Source of the DNA: Eledone cirrhosa
Taxonomy: Eukaryota
Direction of reading: 5' to 3'
NCBI GenBank assembly: GCA_964016885.1
Contig: OZ024743.1
Span: forward strand, 144,336,001-144,400,000
Length of the DNA: 64,000 nucleotides
Shown: piece after piece, positions 9,396 through 24,800 of the stretch
Layout of the letters: each line of letters starts with the position of its first letter
Numbering within the stretch: the stretch's first letter is position 1
The notes under the pieces: generated by a model
Seen by the model: only the letters and a program-made list of their open reading frames with translations
Told to the model about the DNA's origin: nothing
Databases searched by the model: none
Position numbers and translations under genes: made by a program

Positions 9396-12300
9396 TAGAC
9401 CTCACACTAAAGTATAAATGACTTGGTAAACCTCACACTAGAGTATAAATGGACTGGTAGACCTCACACTACAGTACAAATGGCATTGTAGACCTCACAC
9501 TACAGTATAAATGACTTGGTAGACCTCACACTACAGTATAAATGGCATTGTAGACCTCACATTAAAGTATAAATGACCTGGTAGACCTCACACTAAAGTA
9601 TAAATGACCTGGTAGACCGGACACTACAGTATAAATGGACTGGTAGACCTCACACTACAGTATAAATAGACTGGTAGACCTCACACTACAATATAAATGG
9701 ACTGGTAGACCGCACACTACAGTATAAATGGACTGGTAGACCTCACACTACAGTATAAATGGACTGGTAGACCGCACGCTACAGTATAAATGGACTAGTA
9801 GACCTCACACTAAAGTATAAATGACCTGGTAAACCGGACACTACAGTATAAATGGCCTGGTAGACCTCACACTACAGTATAAATGGACTGGTAGACCTCA
9901 CACTACAGTATAAATGGACTGGTAGACCGCACACTACAGTATAAATGGACTGGTAGACCTCACACTACAGTATCAATGGACTGGTAGACCGGACACTACA
10001 GTAAAAATGGACTGGTAGACCGGACACTACAGTATAAATGGACTGGTAGACCTCACACTACAGTATAAATGGCATGGTAGACCTCACACTACAGTACAAA
10101 TGGCATGGTAGACCTCACACTACAGTATAAATGGCCTGGTAGACCTCACACTACAGTAAAAATGGACTGGTAGACCGGACACTACAGTATAAATGGACTG
10201 GTAGACCGGACACTACAGTATAAATGGCCTGGTAGACCTCACACTACAGTATAAATGGCCTGGTAGACCTCACACTACAGTATAAATGGACTGGTAGACC
10301 GGACACTACAATATAAATGGACTGGTAGACCTCACACTACAGTATAAATGGACTGGTAGACCGGACACTACAGTATAAATGGTCTGGTAGAACGGACCCT
10401 ACAGTATAAATGGACTGGTAGACCGGACACTACAGTATAAATGGACTGGTAGACCGGACACTACAGTATAAATGGTCTGGTAGACCGGCCACTACAGTAT
10501 AAATGGACTGGTAGACCGGACACTACAGTATAAATGGTCTGGTAGACCGGACACTACAGTATAAATGGACTGGTAGACCGGACACTACAGTATAAATGGC
10601 CTGGTAGACCTCACACTACAGTATAAATGGTCTGGTAGACCGGCCACTACAGTATAAATGGACTGGTAGACCAGACACTACAGTATAAATGGTCTGGTAG
10701 ACCGGACCCTACAGTATAAATGGACTGGTAGACCGGACACTACAGTATAAATGGTCTGGTAGACCGGACCCTACAATATAAATGGACTGGTAGACCGGAC
10801 ACTACAGTATAAATGGACTGGTAGACCTCACACTACAGTATAAATGGACTGGTAGACCTGACACTACAGTGTAAATGGACTGGTAGACCGGACACTACAG
10901 TATAAATGGACTGGTAGACCTCATACTACAGTGTAAATGGCCTGGTAGACCTCACACTCCAGTATAAATGTACTGGTAGACCTCATACTACAGTGTAAAT
11001 GGCCTGGTAGACCGGACACTACAGTATAAATGGACTGGTAGACCTCACACTACAGTATAAATGGACTGGTAGACCTGACACTACAGTATAAATGGACTGG
11101 TAGACCTGACACTACAGTATAAATGGACTGGTACACCGGACACTACAGTATAAATGGACTGGTAGTCCTCACACTACAGTATAAATGGACTGGTAGACCT
11201 CAAACTACAGTATAAATGGACTGGTAGAGGTCACACTACAGTATAAATGGCCTGGTAGACCTCAAACTACAGTATAAATGGACTGGTAGAGGTCACACTA
11301 CAGTATAAATGACCTGGTAGACCTCAAACTACAGTATAAATGGACTGGTAGACCTGACACTACAGTATAAATGGACTGGTAGACCTCAAACTACAGTATA
11401 AATGGACTGGTAGAGGTCACACTACAGTATAAATGACCTGGTAGACCTCACACTACAGTATAAATGGCCTGGTAGACCTCAAACTACAGTATAAATGGAC
11501 TGGTAGACCTCACACTACAGTATAAATGACCTGGTAGACCTCAAACTACAGTATAAATGGACTGGTAGTCCTCACACTACAGTATAAATGGACTGGTAGA
11601 CCTCACACTACAGTATAAATGGCCTGGTAGACCTCACAGTACAGTATAAATGGCCTGGTAGACCTCACACTACAGTATAAATGGCCTGGTAGACCTCACA
11701 GTACAGTATAAATGGCCTGGTAGACCTCACACTACAGTATAAATGGCCTGGTAGACCTCACACTACAGTATAAATGGCCTGGTAGACCTCACACTACAGT
11801 ATAAATGGCCTGGTAGACCTGACACTACAGTATAAATGGCCTGGTAGACCGGACACTACAGTATAAATGGTCTGTAATACCTCACACTACAGTATAAATG
11901 GACTAGTAGACCTGACACTACAGTATAAATGGCCTGGTAGACCGGACACTACAGTATAAATGGTCTGGTAGACCTCACACTACAGTATAAATGGACTGGT
12001 AGACCTGACACTACAGTATAAATGGCCTGGTAGACCGGACACTACAGTATAAATGGACTGGTAGTCCTCACACTACAGTATAAATGGACTGGTAGACCTC
12101 ACACTACAGTATAAATGGACTGGTAGACCTGACACTACAGTATAAATGGCCTGGTAGACCGGACACTACAGTATAAATGACCTGGTAGACCTGACACTAC
12201 AGTATAAATGGCCTGGTAGACCTGACACTACAGTATAAATGGTCTGGTAGACCTCACACTACAGTATAAATGGACTGGTAGACCTCACACTACAGTATAA

Positions 12301-15300
12301 ATGGACTGGTAGTCCTCACACTACAGTATAAATGGACTGGTAGTCCTCACACTACAGTATAAATGGCCTGGTAGACCGGACACTACAGTATAAATGACCT
12401 GGTAGACCTCACACTACAGTATAAATGGACTGGTAGACCTCACACTACAGTATAAATGGACTGGTAGACCTCACACTACAGTATAAATGGACTGGTAGAC
12501 CTCACACTACAATATAAATGGCCTGTTAGACCTCACACTACAGTATAAATGGACTGGTACACCGGACACTCCAGTATAAATGGACTGGTAGACCTCACAC
12601 TACAGTATAAATGGACTGGTAGACCTCACACTACAGTATAAATGGCCTGTTAGACCTCACACTACAGTATAAATGGACTGGTAGACCTCACACTACAGTA
12701 TAAATGGACTGGTACACCGGACACTCCAGTATAAATGGACTGGTAGACCTCACACTACAGTATAAATGGACTGGTAGACCTCACACTACAGTATAAATGG
12801 CCTGGTAGACCTCACACTACAATATAAATGGCCTGGTAGACCTCACACTACAGTATAAATGGATTGGTAGACCTCACACTACAGTATAAATGGACTGGTA
12901 CACCGGACACTCCAGTATAAATGGAATGGTAGACCTCACACTACAGTATAAATGGACTGGTAGACTGGACACTCCAGTATAAATGGACTGGTAGACCTCA
13001 CACTACAGTATAAATGGACTGGTAGACCTCACACTACAGTATAAATGGCCTGGTAGACCTCACACTACAATATAAATGGCCTGGTAGACCTCACACTACA
13101 GTATAAATGGATTGGTAGACCTCACACTACAGTATAAATGGACTGGTACACCGGACACTCCAGTATAAATGGAATGGTAGACCTCACACTACAGTATAAA
13201 TGGACTGGTACACCGGACACTCCAGTATAAATGGACTGGTAGACCTCACACTACAGTATAAATGGACTGGTAGACCTCACACTACAGTATAAATGGCCTG
13301 GTAGACCTCACACTACAATATAAATGGCCTGGTAGACCTCACACTACAGTATAAATGGATTGGTAGACCTCTCACTACAGTATAAATGGACTGGTACACC
13401 GGACACTCCAGTATAAATGGAATGGTAGACCTCACACTACAGTATAAATGGACTGGTAGACCTCACACTACAGTATAAATGGACTGGTACACCGGACACT
13501 CCAGTATAAATGGACTGGTAGACCTCACACTACAGTATAAATGGACTGGTAGACCTCACACTACAGTATAAATGGCCTGGTAGACCTCACACTACAATAT
13601 AAATGGCCTGGTAGACCTCACACTACAGTATAAATGGATTGGTAGACCTCACACTACAGTATAAATGGACTGGTACACCGGACACTCCAGTATAAATGGA
13701 ATGGTAGACCTCACACTACAGTATAAATGGACTGGTAGACCTCACACTACAGTATAAATGGCCTGGTAGACCTCACACTACAGTATAAATGGACTGGTAG
13801 ACCTCACACTACAGTATAAATGGACTGGTAGACCTCACACTACAGTATAAATGGCCTGGTAGACCTCATACTAAAGTATAAATGGACTGGTAGTCCTCAC
13901 ACTACAGTATAAATGGCCTGGTAGACCTCACACTACAGTATAAATGGACTGGTAGTCCTCACACTACAGTATAAATGGACTGGTAGTCCTCACACTACAG
14001 TATAAATGGCCTGGTAGACCTCACACTACAGTATAAATGGACTGGTAGACCTCACACTACAGTATAAATGGAGTGGTAGACTTCACACTACAGTATAAAT
14101 GGCCTGGTAGACCTCACACTACAGTATAAATGGACTGGTAGACCTCACACTACAGTATAAATGGACTGGTACACCGGACACTACAGTATAAATGGACTGG
14201 TAGACCTCACACTACAGTATAAATGGCCTGGTAGACCTCACACTACAGTATAAATGGACTGGTACACCGGACACTCCAGTATAAATGGACTGGTAGACCT
14301 GACACTACAGTATAAATGGACAGGTAGACCGGACACTACAGTATAAATGGACTGGTAGACCTGACACTACAGTATAAATGGACTGGTAGACCTCACACTA
14401 CAGTATAAGTGGACTGGTAGACCTCACACTACAGTATAAATGGACTGGTAGACCTCACACTACAGTATAAATGGACTGGTAGACCTCACACTACAGTATA
14501 AATGGCCTGGTAGACCTCACACTACAGTATAAATGGACTGGTAGACCTCACACTACAGTATAAATGGACTGGTAGACCTGACACTACAGTATAAATGGAC
14601 TGGTAGACCTGACACTACAGTATAAATGGACAGGTAGTCCTCACACTACAGTATAAATGGACTGGTAGACCTCACACTACAGTATAAATGGACTGGTAGA
14701 CCTGACACTACAGTATAAATGGCCTGGTAGACCTCAAACTACAGTATAAATGGACTGGTAGACCTCACACTACAGTATAAATGGAGTGGTAGACCTGACA
14801 CTACAGTATAAATGGACTGGTAGTCCTCACACTACAGTATAAATGGACTGGTAGACCTCACACTACAGTATAAATGGACTGGTAGACCTCACACTACAGA
14901 ATAAATGGACTGGTAGACCTCACACTACAGTATAAATGGACTGGTAGACCTGACACTACAGTATAAATGGCCTGGTAGACCTCACACTACAGTATAAATG
15001 GACTGGTACACCGGACACTCCAGTATAAATGGACTGGTAGACCTGACACTATAGTATAAATGGACTGGTAGACCGGACACTACAGTATAAGTGGCCTGGT
15101 AGACCTCAAACTACAGTATAAATGGACTGGTAGACCTCACACTACAGTATAAATGGCATGGTAGACCTCACACTACAGTATAAATGGCCTGGTACACCGG
15201 ACACTCCAGTATAAATGGACTGGTAGACCTCACACTACAGTATAAATGGACTGGTAGACCTCACACTACAGTATAAATGGCCTGGTAATCCTCACACTAC

Positions 15301-18300
15301 AGTATAAATGGCCTGGTAGACCTCACACTACAGTATAAATGGACTGGTAGACCTGACACTACAGTATAAATGGACTGGTAGACCTCACACTACAGTATAA
15401 ATGGACTGGTAGACCTCACACTACAGTATAAATGGACTGGTAGACCTGACACTACAGTATAAATGGACTGGTAGTCCTCACACTACAGAATAAATGGACT
15501 GGTAGACCTCACACTACAGTATAAATGGACTGGTAGACCTCACACTACAGTATAAATGGCCTGGTAGACCTCAAACTACAGTATAAATGGACTGGTAGAG
15601 GTCACACTACAGTATAAATGACCTGGTAGACCTCAAACTACAGTATAAATGGACTGGTAGTCCTCACACTACAGTGTAAATGGCCTGGTAGACCGGACAC
15701 TACAGTATAAATGGACTGGTAGACCTCACACTACAGTATAAATGGACTGGTAGACCTCACACTACAGTATAAATGGACTGGTAGACCTCACACTACAGTA
15801 TAAATGGACTGGTAGTCCTCACACTACAGTATAAATGGCCTGGTAGACCTCAAACTACAGTATAAATGGACTGGTAGACCTCACACTACAGTATAAATGA
15901 CCTGGTAGACCTCATACTAAAGTATAAATGGACTGGTAGTCCTCACACTACAGTATAAATGGCCTGGTAGACCTCACATTACAGTATAAATGGACTGGTA
16001 GTCCTCACACTACAGTATAAATGGACTGGTAGTCCTCACACTACAGTATAAATGGCCTGGTAGACCTCACACTACAGTATAAATGGACTGGTAGACCTCA
16101 CACTACAGTATAAATGGAGTGGTAGACTTCACACTACAGTATAAATGGCCTGGTAGACCTCACACTACAGTATAAATGGACTGGTAGACCTCACACTACA
16201 GTATAAATGGACTGGTACACCGGACACTACAGTATAAATGGACTGGTAGACCTCACACTACAGTATAAATGGCCTGGTAGACCTCACACTACAGTATAAA
16301 TGGACTGGTACACCGGACACTCCAGTATAAATGGACTGGTAGACCTGACACTACAGTATAAATGGACTGGTAGACCGGACACTACAGTATAAATGGACTG
16401 GTAGACCTCACACTACAGTATAAATGGACTGGTAGACCTCACACTACAGTATAAGTGGACTGGTAGACCTCACACTACAGTATAAATGGACTGGTAGACC
16501 TCACACTACAGTATAAATGGACTGGTAGACCTCACACTACAGTATAAATGGCCTGGTAGACCTCACACTACAGTATAAATGGACTGGTAGACCTCACACT
16601 ACAGTATAAATGGACTGGTAGACCTGACACTACAGTATAAATGGACTGGTAGACCTGACACTACAGTATAAATGGACAGGTAGTCCTCACACTACAGTAT
16701 AAATGGACTGGTAGACCTCACACTACAGTATAAATGGACTGGTAGACCTGACACTACAGTATAAATGGCCTGGTAGACCTCAAACTACAGTATAAATGGA
16801 CTGGTAGACCTCACACTACAGTATAAATGGAGTGGTAGACCTGACACTACAGTATAAATGGACTGGTAGTCCTCACACTACAGTATAAATGGACTGGTAG
16901 ACCTCACACTACAGTATAAATGGACTGGTAGACCTCACACTACAGAATAAATGGACTGGTAGACCTCACACTACAGTATAAATGGACTGGTAGACCTGAC
17001 ACTACAGTATAAATGGCCTGGTAGACCTCACACTACAGTATAAATGGACTGGTACACCGGACACTCCAGTATAAATGGACTGGTAGACCTGACACTACAG
17101 TATAAATGGACTGGTAGACCGGACACTACAGTATAAGTGGCCTGGTAGACCGGACACTACAGTATAAATGGACTGGTAGACCTCACACTACAGTATAAAT
17201 GGCATGGTAGACCTCACACTACAGTATAAATGGCCTGGTAGACCGGACACTACAGTATAAATGGACTGGTAGACCTCACACTACAGTATAAATGGACTGG
17301 TACACCGGACACTCCAGTATAAATGGACTGGTAGACCTCACACTACAGTATAAATGGACTGGTAGACCTCACACTACAGTATAAATGGCCTGGTAATCCT
17401 CACACTACAGTATAAATGGCCTGGTAGACCTCACACTACAGTATAAATGGACTGGTAGACCTGACACTACAGTATAAATGGACTGGTACTCCTCACACTA
17501 CAGTATAAATGGACTGGTAGACCTCACACTACAGTATAAATGGACTGGTAGACCTGACACTACAGTATAAATGGACTGGTAGTCCTCACACTACAGAATA
17601 AATGGACTGGTAGACCTCACACTACAGTATAAATGGACTGGTAGACCTCACACTACAGTATAAATGGCCTGGTAGACCTCAAACTACAGTATAAATGGAC
17701 TGGTAGAGGTCACACTACAGTATAAATGACCTGGTAGACCTCAAACTACAGTATAAATGGACTGGTAGTCCTCACACTACAGTGTAAATGGCCTGGTAGA
17801 CCGGACACTACAGTATAAATGGACTGGTAGACCTCACACTACAGTATAAATGGACTGGTAGACCTCACACTACAGTATAAATGGACTGGTAGACCTCACA
17901 CTACAGTATAAATGGACTGGTAGTCCTCACACTACAGTATAAATGGCCTGGTAGACCTCAAACTACAGTATAAATGGACTGGTAGACCTCACGCTACAGT
18001 ATAAATGACCTGGTAGACCTCAAACTACAGTATAAATGGACTGGTAGACCTCACACTACAGTATAAATGGCCTGGTAGACCTCACAGTACAGTATAAATG
18101 GCCTGGTAGACCTCACACTACAGTATAAATGGCCTGGTAGACCTCACAGTACAGTATAAATGGCCTGGTAGACCTCACACTACAGTATAAATGGCCTGGT
18201 AGACCTGACACTACAGTATAAATGGCCTGGTAGACCTCACACTACAGTATAAATGGCCTGGTAGACCTGACACTACAGTATAAATGGCCTGGTAGACCGG

Positions 18301-20539
18301 ACACTACAGTATAAATGGTCTGTAATACCTCACACTACAGTATAAATGGACTAGTAGACCTGACACTACAGTATAAATGGCCTGGTAGACCGGACACTAC
18401 AGTATAAATGGTCTGGTAGACCTCACACTACAGTATAAATGGATGGTAGACCTGACACTACAGTATAAATGGCCTGGTAGACCGGACACTACAGTATAAA
18501 TGGACTGGTAGACCTCACACTACAGTATAAATGGACTGGTAGACCTCACACTACAGTATAAATGGACTGGTAGACCTCACACTACAGTATAAATGGCCTG
18601 GTAGACCCCACACTACAGTACAAATGGCATGGTAGACCTCACACTACAGTGTAAATGGCATGGTAGACCTCACACTACAGTACAAATGGCATGGTAGACC
18701 TCACACTACAGTGTAAATGGCCTGGTAGACCGGACACTACAGTATAAATGGACTGGTAGTCCTCACACTACAGTATAAATGGACTGGTAGACCTCACACT
18801 ACAGTATAAATGGACTGGTAGACCTGACACTACAGTATAAATGACCTGGTAGACCTCACAGTACAGTATAAATGGCCTGGTAGACCTGACACTACAGTAT
18901 AAATGGTCTGGTAGACCTCACACTACAGTATAAATGGACTGGTAGACCTCACACTACAGTATAAATGGACTGGTAGTCCTCACACTACAGTATAAATGGA
19001 CTGGTAGTCCTCACACTACAGTATAAATGGCCTGGTAGACCGGACACTACAGTATAAATGGACTGGTAGACCTCACACTACAGTATAAATGGACTGGTAG
19101 ACCTCACACTACAGTATAAATGGCCTGGTAGACCTCACACTAAAGTATAAATGGACTGGTACACCGGACACTCCAGTATAAATGGACTGGTAGACCTCAC
19201 ACTACAGTATAAATGGACTGGTAGACCTCACACTACAGTATAAATGGACTGGTACACCGGACACTCCAGTATAAATGGACTGGTAGACCTCACACTACAG
19301 TATAAATGGACTGGTAGACCTCACACTACAGTATAAATGGACTGGTAGACCTCACACTACAGTATAAATGGACTGGTACACCGGACACTCCAGTATAAAT
19401 GGACTGGTAGACCTCACACTACAGTATAAATGGACTGGTACACCAGACACTCCAGTATAAATGGACTGGTAGACCTCACACTACAGTATAAATGGACTGG
19501 TAGACCTCACACTACAGTATAAATGGACTGGTAGACCTCACACTACAGTATAAATGGACTGGTACACCGGACACTCCAGTATAAATGGACTGGTAGACCT
19601 CACACTACAGTATAAATGGCCTGGTAGACCTCACACTACAATATAAATGGCCTGGTAGACCTCACACTACAGTATAAATGGATTGGTAGACCTCACACTA
19701 CAGTATAAATGGACTGGTACACCGGACACTCCAGTATAAATGGAATGGTAGACCTCACACTACAGTATAAATGGACTGGTAGACCTCACACTACAGTATA
19801 AATGGCCTGGTAGACCTCACACTACAGTATAAATGGACTGGTAGACCTCACACTACAGTATAAATGGACTGGTAGACCTCACACTACAGTATAAATGGCC
19901 TGGTAGACCTCACACTAAAGTATAAATGGACTGGTAGTCCTCACACTACAGTATAAATGGCCTGGTAGACCTCACACTACAGTATTGTAGTGACCTACAT
20001 TCCGCGGGCTCACATACATTCTCTGTGCGTAATTTGGCTCAGTTCAGCCAATCAGCGCCAGTAGAAGGGGATGTATCCCTACGCGCCCTGAGGAAGAAAT
20101 TCACCGCGAAGATTTGAAGAATCTCGCTCTTGTACCGGAAACTTCAAACCAGCAACACGCATAATGTAACAGTGAGATATTGCACCCTTAGCCTCGCCGG
20201 CTTAACGGCGCAATGGCACATTCCCTAATGTAACCTCTTTTTATCTGTAACTTCAACCATATAAATAAACAAACATTGCATCTCTAACTACTGCGGTTGA
20301 AGTCGTTATTATGTTTCTCTTGTCTCAATGACATCTTTAATCCATGCTGCTGGAATTGGCGCCCTGACGAAAGGAATATTGTAAATAGATGGTAAATAGA
20401 TCGAGGGACCTTCCCTCACGTCTATGTCAACAAGATAATCCAACGAGGATACTATCACTTACCACACTGGCAACTAACGACCACTGATTCTGCCACCCTG
20501 CTAATGTGGCGATAACATCTACAACCAATACTGCTAAAG

Positions 20540-20552
20540 TGGTGACCGACGT
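20540..20552 (+). other. Primer-binding site, tRNA-Trp-like
   Basis: TGGTGACC--GACGT versus the tRNA-Trp complement TGGTGACCCCGACGT, 1 nt after the LTR. The same sequence is at 45823. Confidence 0.7.
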
Positions 20553-21419
20553 AAGAAGATCACGCAGCCCTTCTTATTCATTTAGTTTAACTTTTATTGT
20601 CACGTCGCAACTTGCGAAAATCCAGAATATTCCTTAAGATTTTTGAAAAATTAGCAGTATTTCAAAAACTTTTTCGCCGCGAAAAAATTTCAAGATGGCT
20701 ACCGACATGTCATGGCTATGCTTGACAACAACAATGACAGCAGCAGCGACAGCGTTGTTTAACCACTGACCAATACAGGGAACAGTGAGTGGCAGCTTCA
20801 TAACCTTACCAACGCCAACCACCACACATCGGAAATTTCAAAACGGCTTGTAACTTTACCGACGCAACCACCATACCTTCTGTCTCGTTACCACAGGGAC
20901 GCGAGAAATTGAGACAGTAGTTTTCTCACCATTATGGCGTCAGACGTGACTGCCATATTTGGTGACTCCTACTCTACAGAAGATTCTTTGACTTTGCTTT
21001 AACAATAAGCAACACAACCGTGTGGCGGGACGGGAAAATGACCACGAAATCTCACAAAAACACCATACATCTAACCCATAACGGCATTAACAAACTTCTT
21101 TTTCAGTTTTCAGATAGAACTAGTGTCTGTACACTGGTGATGTGTGAACTATTTGACTTTGAAAAACTTTGAACTTATTGAGCAATTTCTCTGCTCCCCT
21201 AGATTGACTTTGAATTATCAGTTTGTTACATTCACATATTTCTTTGTAGAATGCATTTACTTGTTTTGTGCTCTTTTGCTATTTGCTTGCTCATGGTTTT
21301 TGTTCATTCACATTCTTTGCTGTTTTACATGCCTGCATATGCACACATTTTTTTTATCACACACCAACATGTTGTTCTTGGTATATGTTCTTCAAACGTA
21401 ATATTCTGCGAGTCCCTTT

Positions 21420-21875
21420 TCACCTGGTTGAGATGCTGGCAGCTCACAGAGCTTAATCCACTGGATTCAAACAGTCACCGCAACACGAGAATACTAATTG
21501 CCGCTGAACTCAAACAGCTTCGCATCTCGTTGCACACTGATCGTCCATGACGGCCATCCGTCTTGTTGTTTTTGCCCGACTCGCTGGGAAAGCAACAAAT
21601 TGAACTGGACTTGTTAGCATTTCGGCCACTTCTGTGGATTCGCCCAAATTATGGAATTTACACTGCAACCCACCTACAAATTAAACTTGCCTTTTGTTCT
21701 TTACAAAGCAACCAGCCATTTTTTCCTGGCTCCACAGCACATTCGACAATACATCTGGGGGCCATCATTTTCTCGCCAGCACTGGTAAACTACCATAATA
21801 GCTTCGTTCACAGCTACTGGTACAACGCTCACCATTAACATTTAATGCAAGAACAGCAACTTCGCCCATGCCAGA
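21420..21875 (+). pseudogene. Possible decayed gag remnant in the LTR element interior (also at +25,283)
   Basis: ORFs 21251-21550 and 21563-21838 share a frame across one TGA. KQLRISLHTDRP*RPSVLL resembles the LGDRKPSQLL gag motif, and YWYN...RPC resembles CWYH...PC. Weak. Confidence 0.3.
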
Positions 21876-24800
21876 CTTTATCCGTTTTTTGTTAGACCTT
21901 TGGCGGTCACGTATAAACAACAAAACAACTGGTCATTTGACACAGCGGCTCAACACGGCCCGTAGCGCCTCATTTTTTGTTCTTGCGTGCAACCTTCTGC
22001 TCAATTATTTTTTTCACTGATGTGCTCTTTCAGCATTTGTTCTTGCTGATTTAATATGTGAGTCCTTGGTTTCTTCGTTATCGATTTTCGGCTGAAAATC
22101 TGGTTGGAGGTGATGTAGTGACCTACATTCCGCGGGCTCACATACATTCTCTGTGCGTAATTTGGCTCAGTTCAGCCAATCAGCGCCAGTAGAAGGGGAT
22201 GTATCCCTACGCGCCCTGAGGAAGAAATTCACCGCGAAGATTTGAAGAATCTCGCTCTTGTACCGGAAACTTCAAACCAGCAACACGCATAATGTAACAG
22301 TGAGATATTGCACCCCTAGCCTCGCCGGCTTAATGGCGCAATGGCACATTCCCTAATGTAACCTCTTTTTATCTGTAACTTCAACCATATAAATAAACAA
22401 ACATTGCATCTCTAATTACTGCGGTTGAAGTCGTTATTATGTTTCTCTTGTCTCAATGACATCTTTAATCCATGCTGCTGGAATTGGCGCCCTGACGAAA
22501 GGAATATTGTAAATAGATGGTAAATAGATCGAGGGACCTTCCCTCACGTCTATGTCAACAAGATAATCCAACGAGGATACTATCACTTACCACACTGGCA
22601 ACTAACGACCACTGATTCTGCCACCCTGCTAATGTGACGATAACATCTACAACCAATACTGCTAAAGTATAAATGGACTGGTAGTCCTCACACTCCAGTA
22701 TAAATGGCCTGGTAGACCTCACACTACAGTATAAATGGACTGGTAGACCTCACACTACAGTTTAAATGGACTGGTAGTCCTCACACTACAGTATAAATGG
22801 CCTGGTAGACCTCACACTACAGTATAAATGGACTGGTAGTCCTCAAACTACAGTATAAATGGACTGGTAGTCCTCACACTACAGTATAAATGGCCTGGTA
22901 GACCTCACACTACAGTATAAATGGACTGGTAGACCTCACACTACAGTATAAATGGAGTGGTAGACCTCACACTACAGTATAAATGGCCTGGTAGACCTGA
23001 CACTACAGTATAAATAGTCTGGTAGACCTCAAACTACAGTATAAATGGACTGGTAGACCTCACACTACAGTATAAATGACCTGGTAGACCTCAAACTACA
23101 GTATAAATGGACTGGTAGTCCTCACACTACAGTATAAATGGACTGGTAGACCTCACACTACAGTATAAATGGCCTGGTAGACCTCACAGTACAGTATAAA
23201 TGGCCTGGTAGACCGGACACTACAGTATAAATGGTCTGCTAGATCTCACAGTACAGTATAAATGGCCTGGTAGACCTGACACTACAGTATAAATGGCCTG
23301 GTAGACCGGACACTACAGTATAAATGGTCTGCTAGACCTCACACTACAGTATAAATGGCCTGGTAGACCTGACACTACAGTATAAATGGTCTGGTAGACC
23401 GGACACTACAGTATAAATGGTCTGCTAGACCTCACACTACAGTATAAATGGACTGGTAGACCTGACACTACAGTATAAATGGCCTGGTAGACCTCACACT
23501 ACAGTATAAATGGCCTAGTAGACCTCACACTACAGTATAAATGGCCTGGTAGACCTCACACTACAGTATAAATGGACTGGTAGACCTCACACTACAGTAT
23601 AAGTGGACTGGTAGACCTCACACTCCAGTATAAATGGACTGGTAGACCTCACACTACAGTATAAATGGACTGGTAGACCTCACACTACAGTATAAATGGC
23701 CTGGTAGACCTCACACTACAGTATAAATGGACTGGTAGACCTCACACTACAGTATAAATGGACTGGTAGACCTGACACTACAGTATAAATGGACTGGTAG
23801 ACCTGACACTACAGTATAAATGGACAGGTAGTCCTCACACTACAGTATAAATGGACTGGTAGACCTCACACTACAGTATAAATGGACTGGTAGACCTCAC
23901 ACTACAGTATAAATGGACTGGTAGACCTCACACTACAGTATAAATGGACTGGTAGACCTGACACTACAGTATAAATGGCCTGGTAGACCTCAAACTACAG
24001 TATAAATGGACTGGTAGACCTCACACTACAGTATAAATGGAGTGGTAGACCTGACACTACAGTATAAATGGACTGGTAGTCCTCACACTACAGTATAAAT
24101 GGACTGGTAGACCTCACACTACAGTATAAATGGACTGGTAGACCTCACACTACAGTATAAATGGACTGGTAGACCTCACACTACAGTATAAATGGACTGG
24201 TAGACCTGACACTACAGTATAAATGGCCTCGTAGACCTCACACTACAGTATAAATGGACTGGTACACCGGACACTCCAGTATAAATGGACTGGTAGACCT
24301 GACACTACAGTATAAATGGACTGGTAGACCTGACACTACAGTATAAATGGACTGGTAGACCGGACACTACAGTATAAATGGACTGGTAGACCTCACACTA
24401 CAGTATAAATGGAGTGGTAGACCTGACACTCCAGTATAAATGGACTGGTAGACCTGACACTACAGTATAAATGGACTGGTAGACCTGATACTACAGTATA
24501 AATGGACTGGTAGACCTCACACTACAGTATAAATGGACTGGTAGACCTCACACTACAGTATAAATGGACTGGTACACCGGACACTCCAGTATAAATGGAC
24601 TGGTAGACCTCACACTACAGTATAAATGGACTGGTAGACCTCACACTACAGTATAAATGGCCTGGTAATCCTCACACTACAGTATAAATGGCCTGGTAGA
24701 CCTCACACTACAGTATAAATGGACTGGTAGACCTGACACTACAGTATAAATGGACTGGTAGTCCTCACACTACAGTATAAATGGACTGGTAGACCTCACA

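Larger units (their letters stand above)
19986..22666 (+). mobile_element. Non-autonomous LTR retroelement (Gypsy-like), copy 1
   Basis: 553-bp LTRs at 19986-20538 and 22114-22666, GTAT TSD (or AGTAT), PBS at 20540, purine-rich ggttggaggtga before the 3' LTR, and a 1,575-bp interior without pol. Confidence 0.93.

Noticed and set aside
20634-21838. Short ORFs in the LTR interior as functional cargo genes (also 45917-47121)
   Set aside because: They are short, overlapping and often lack ATG starts. Identity between copies reflects recent duplication, not selection.
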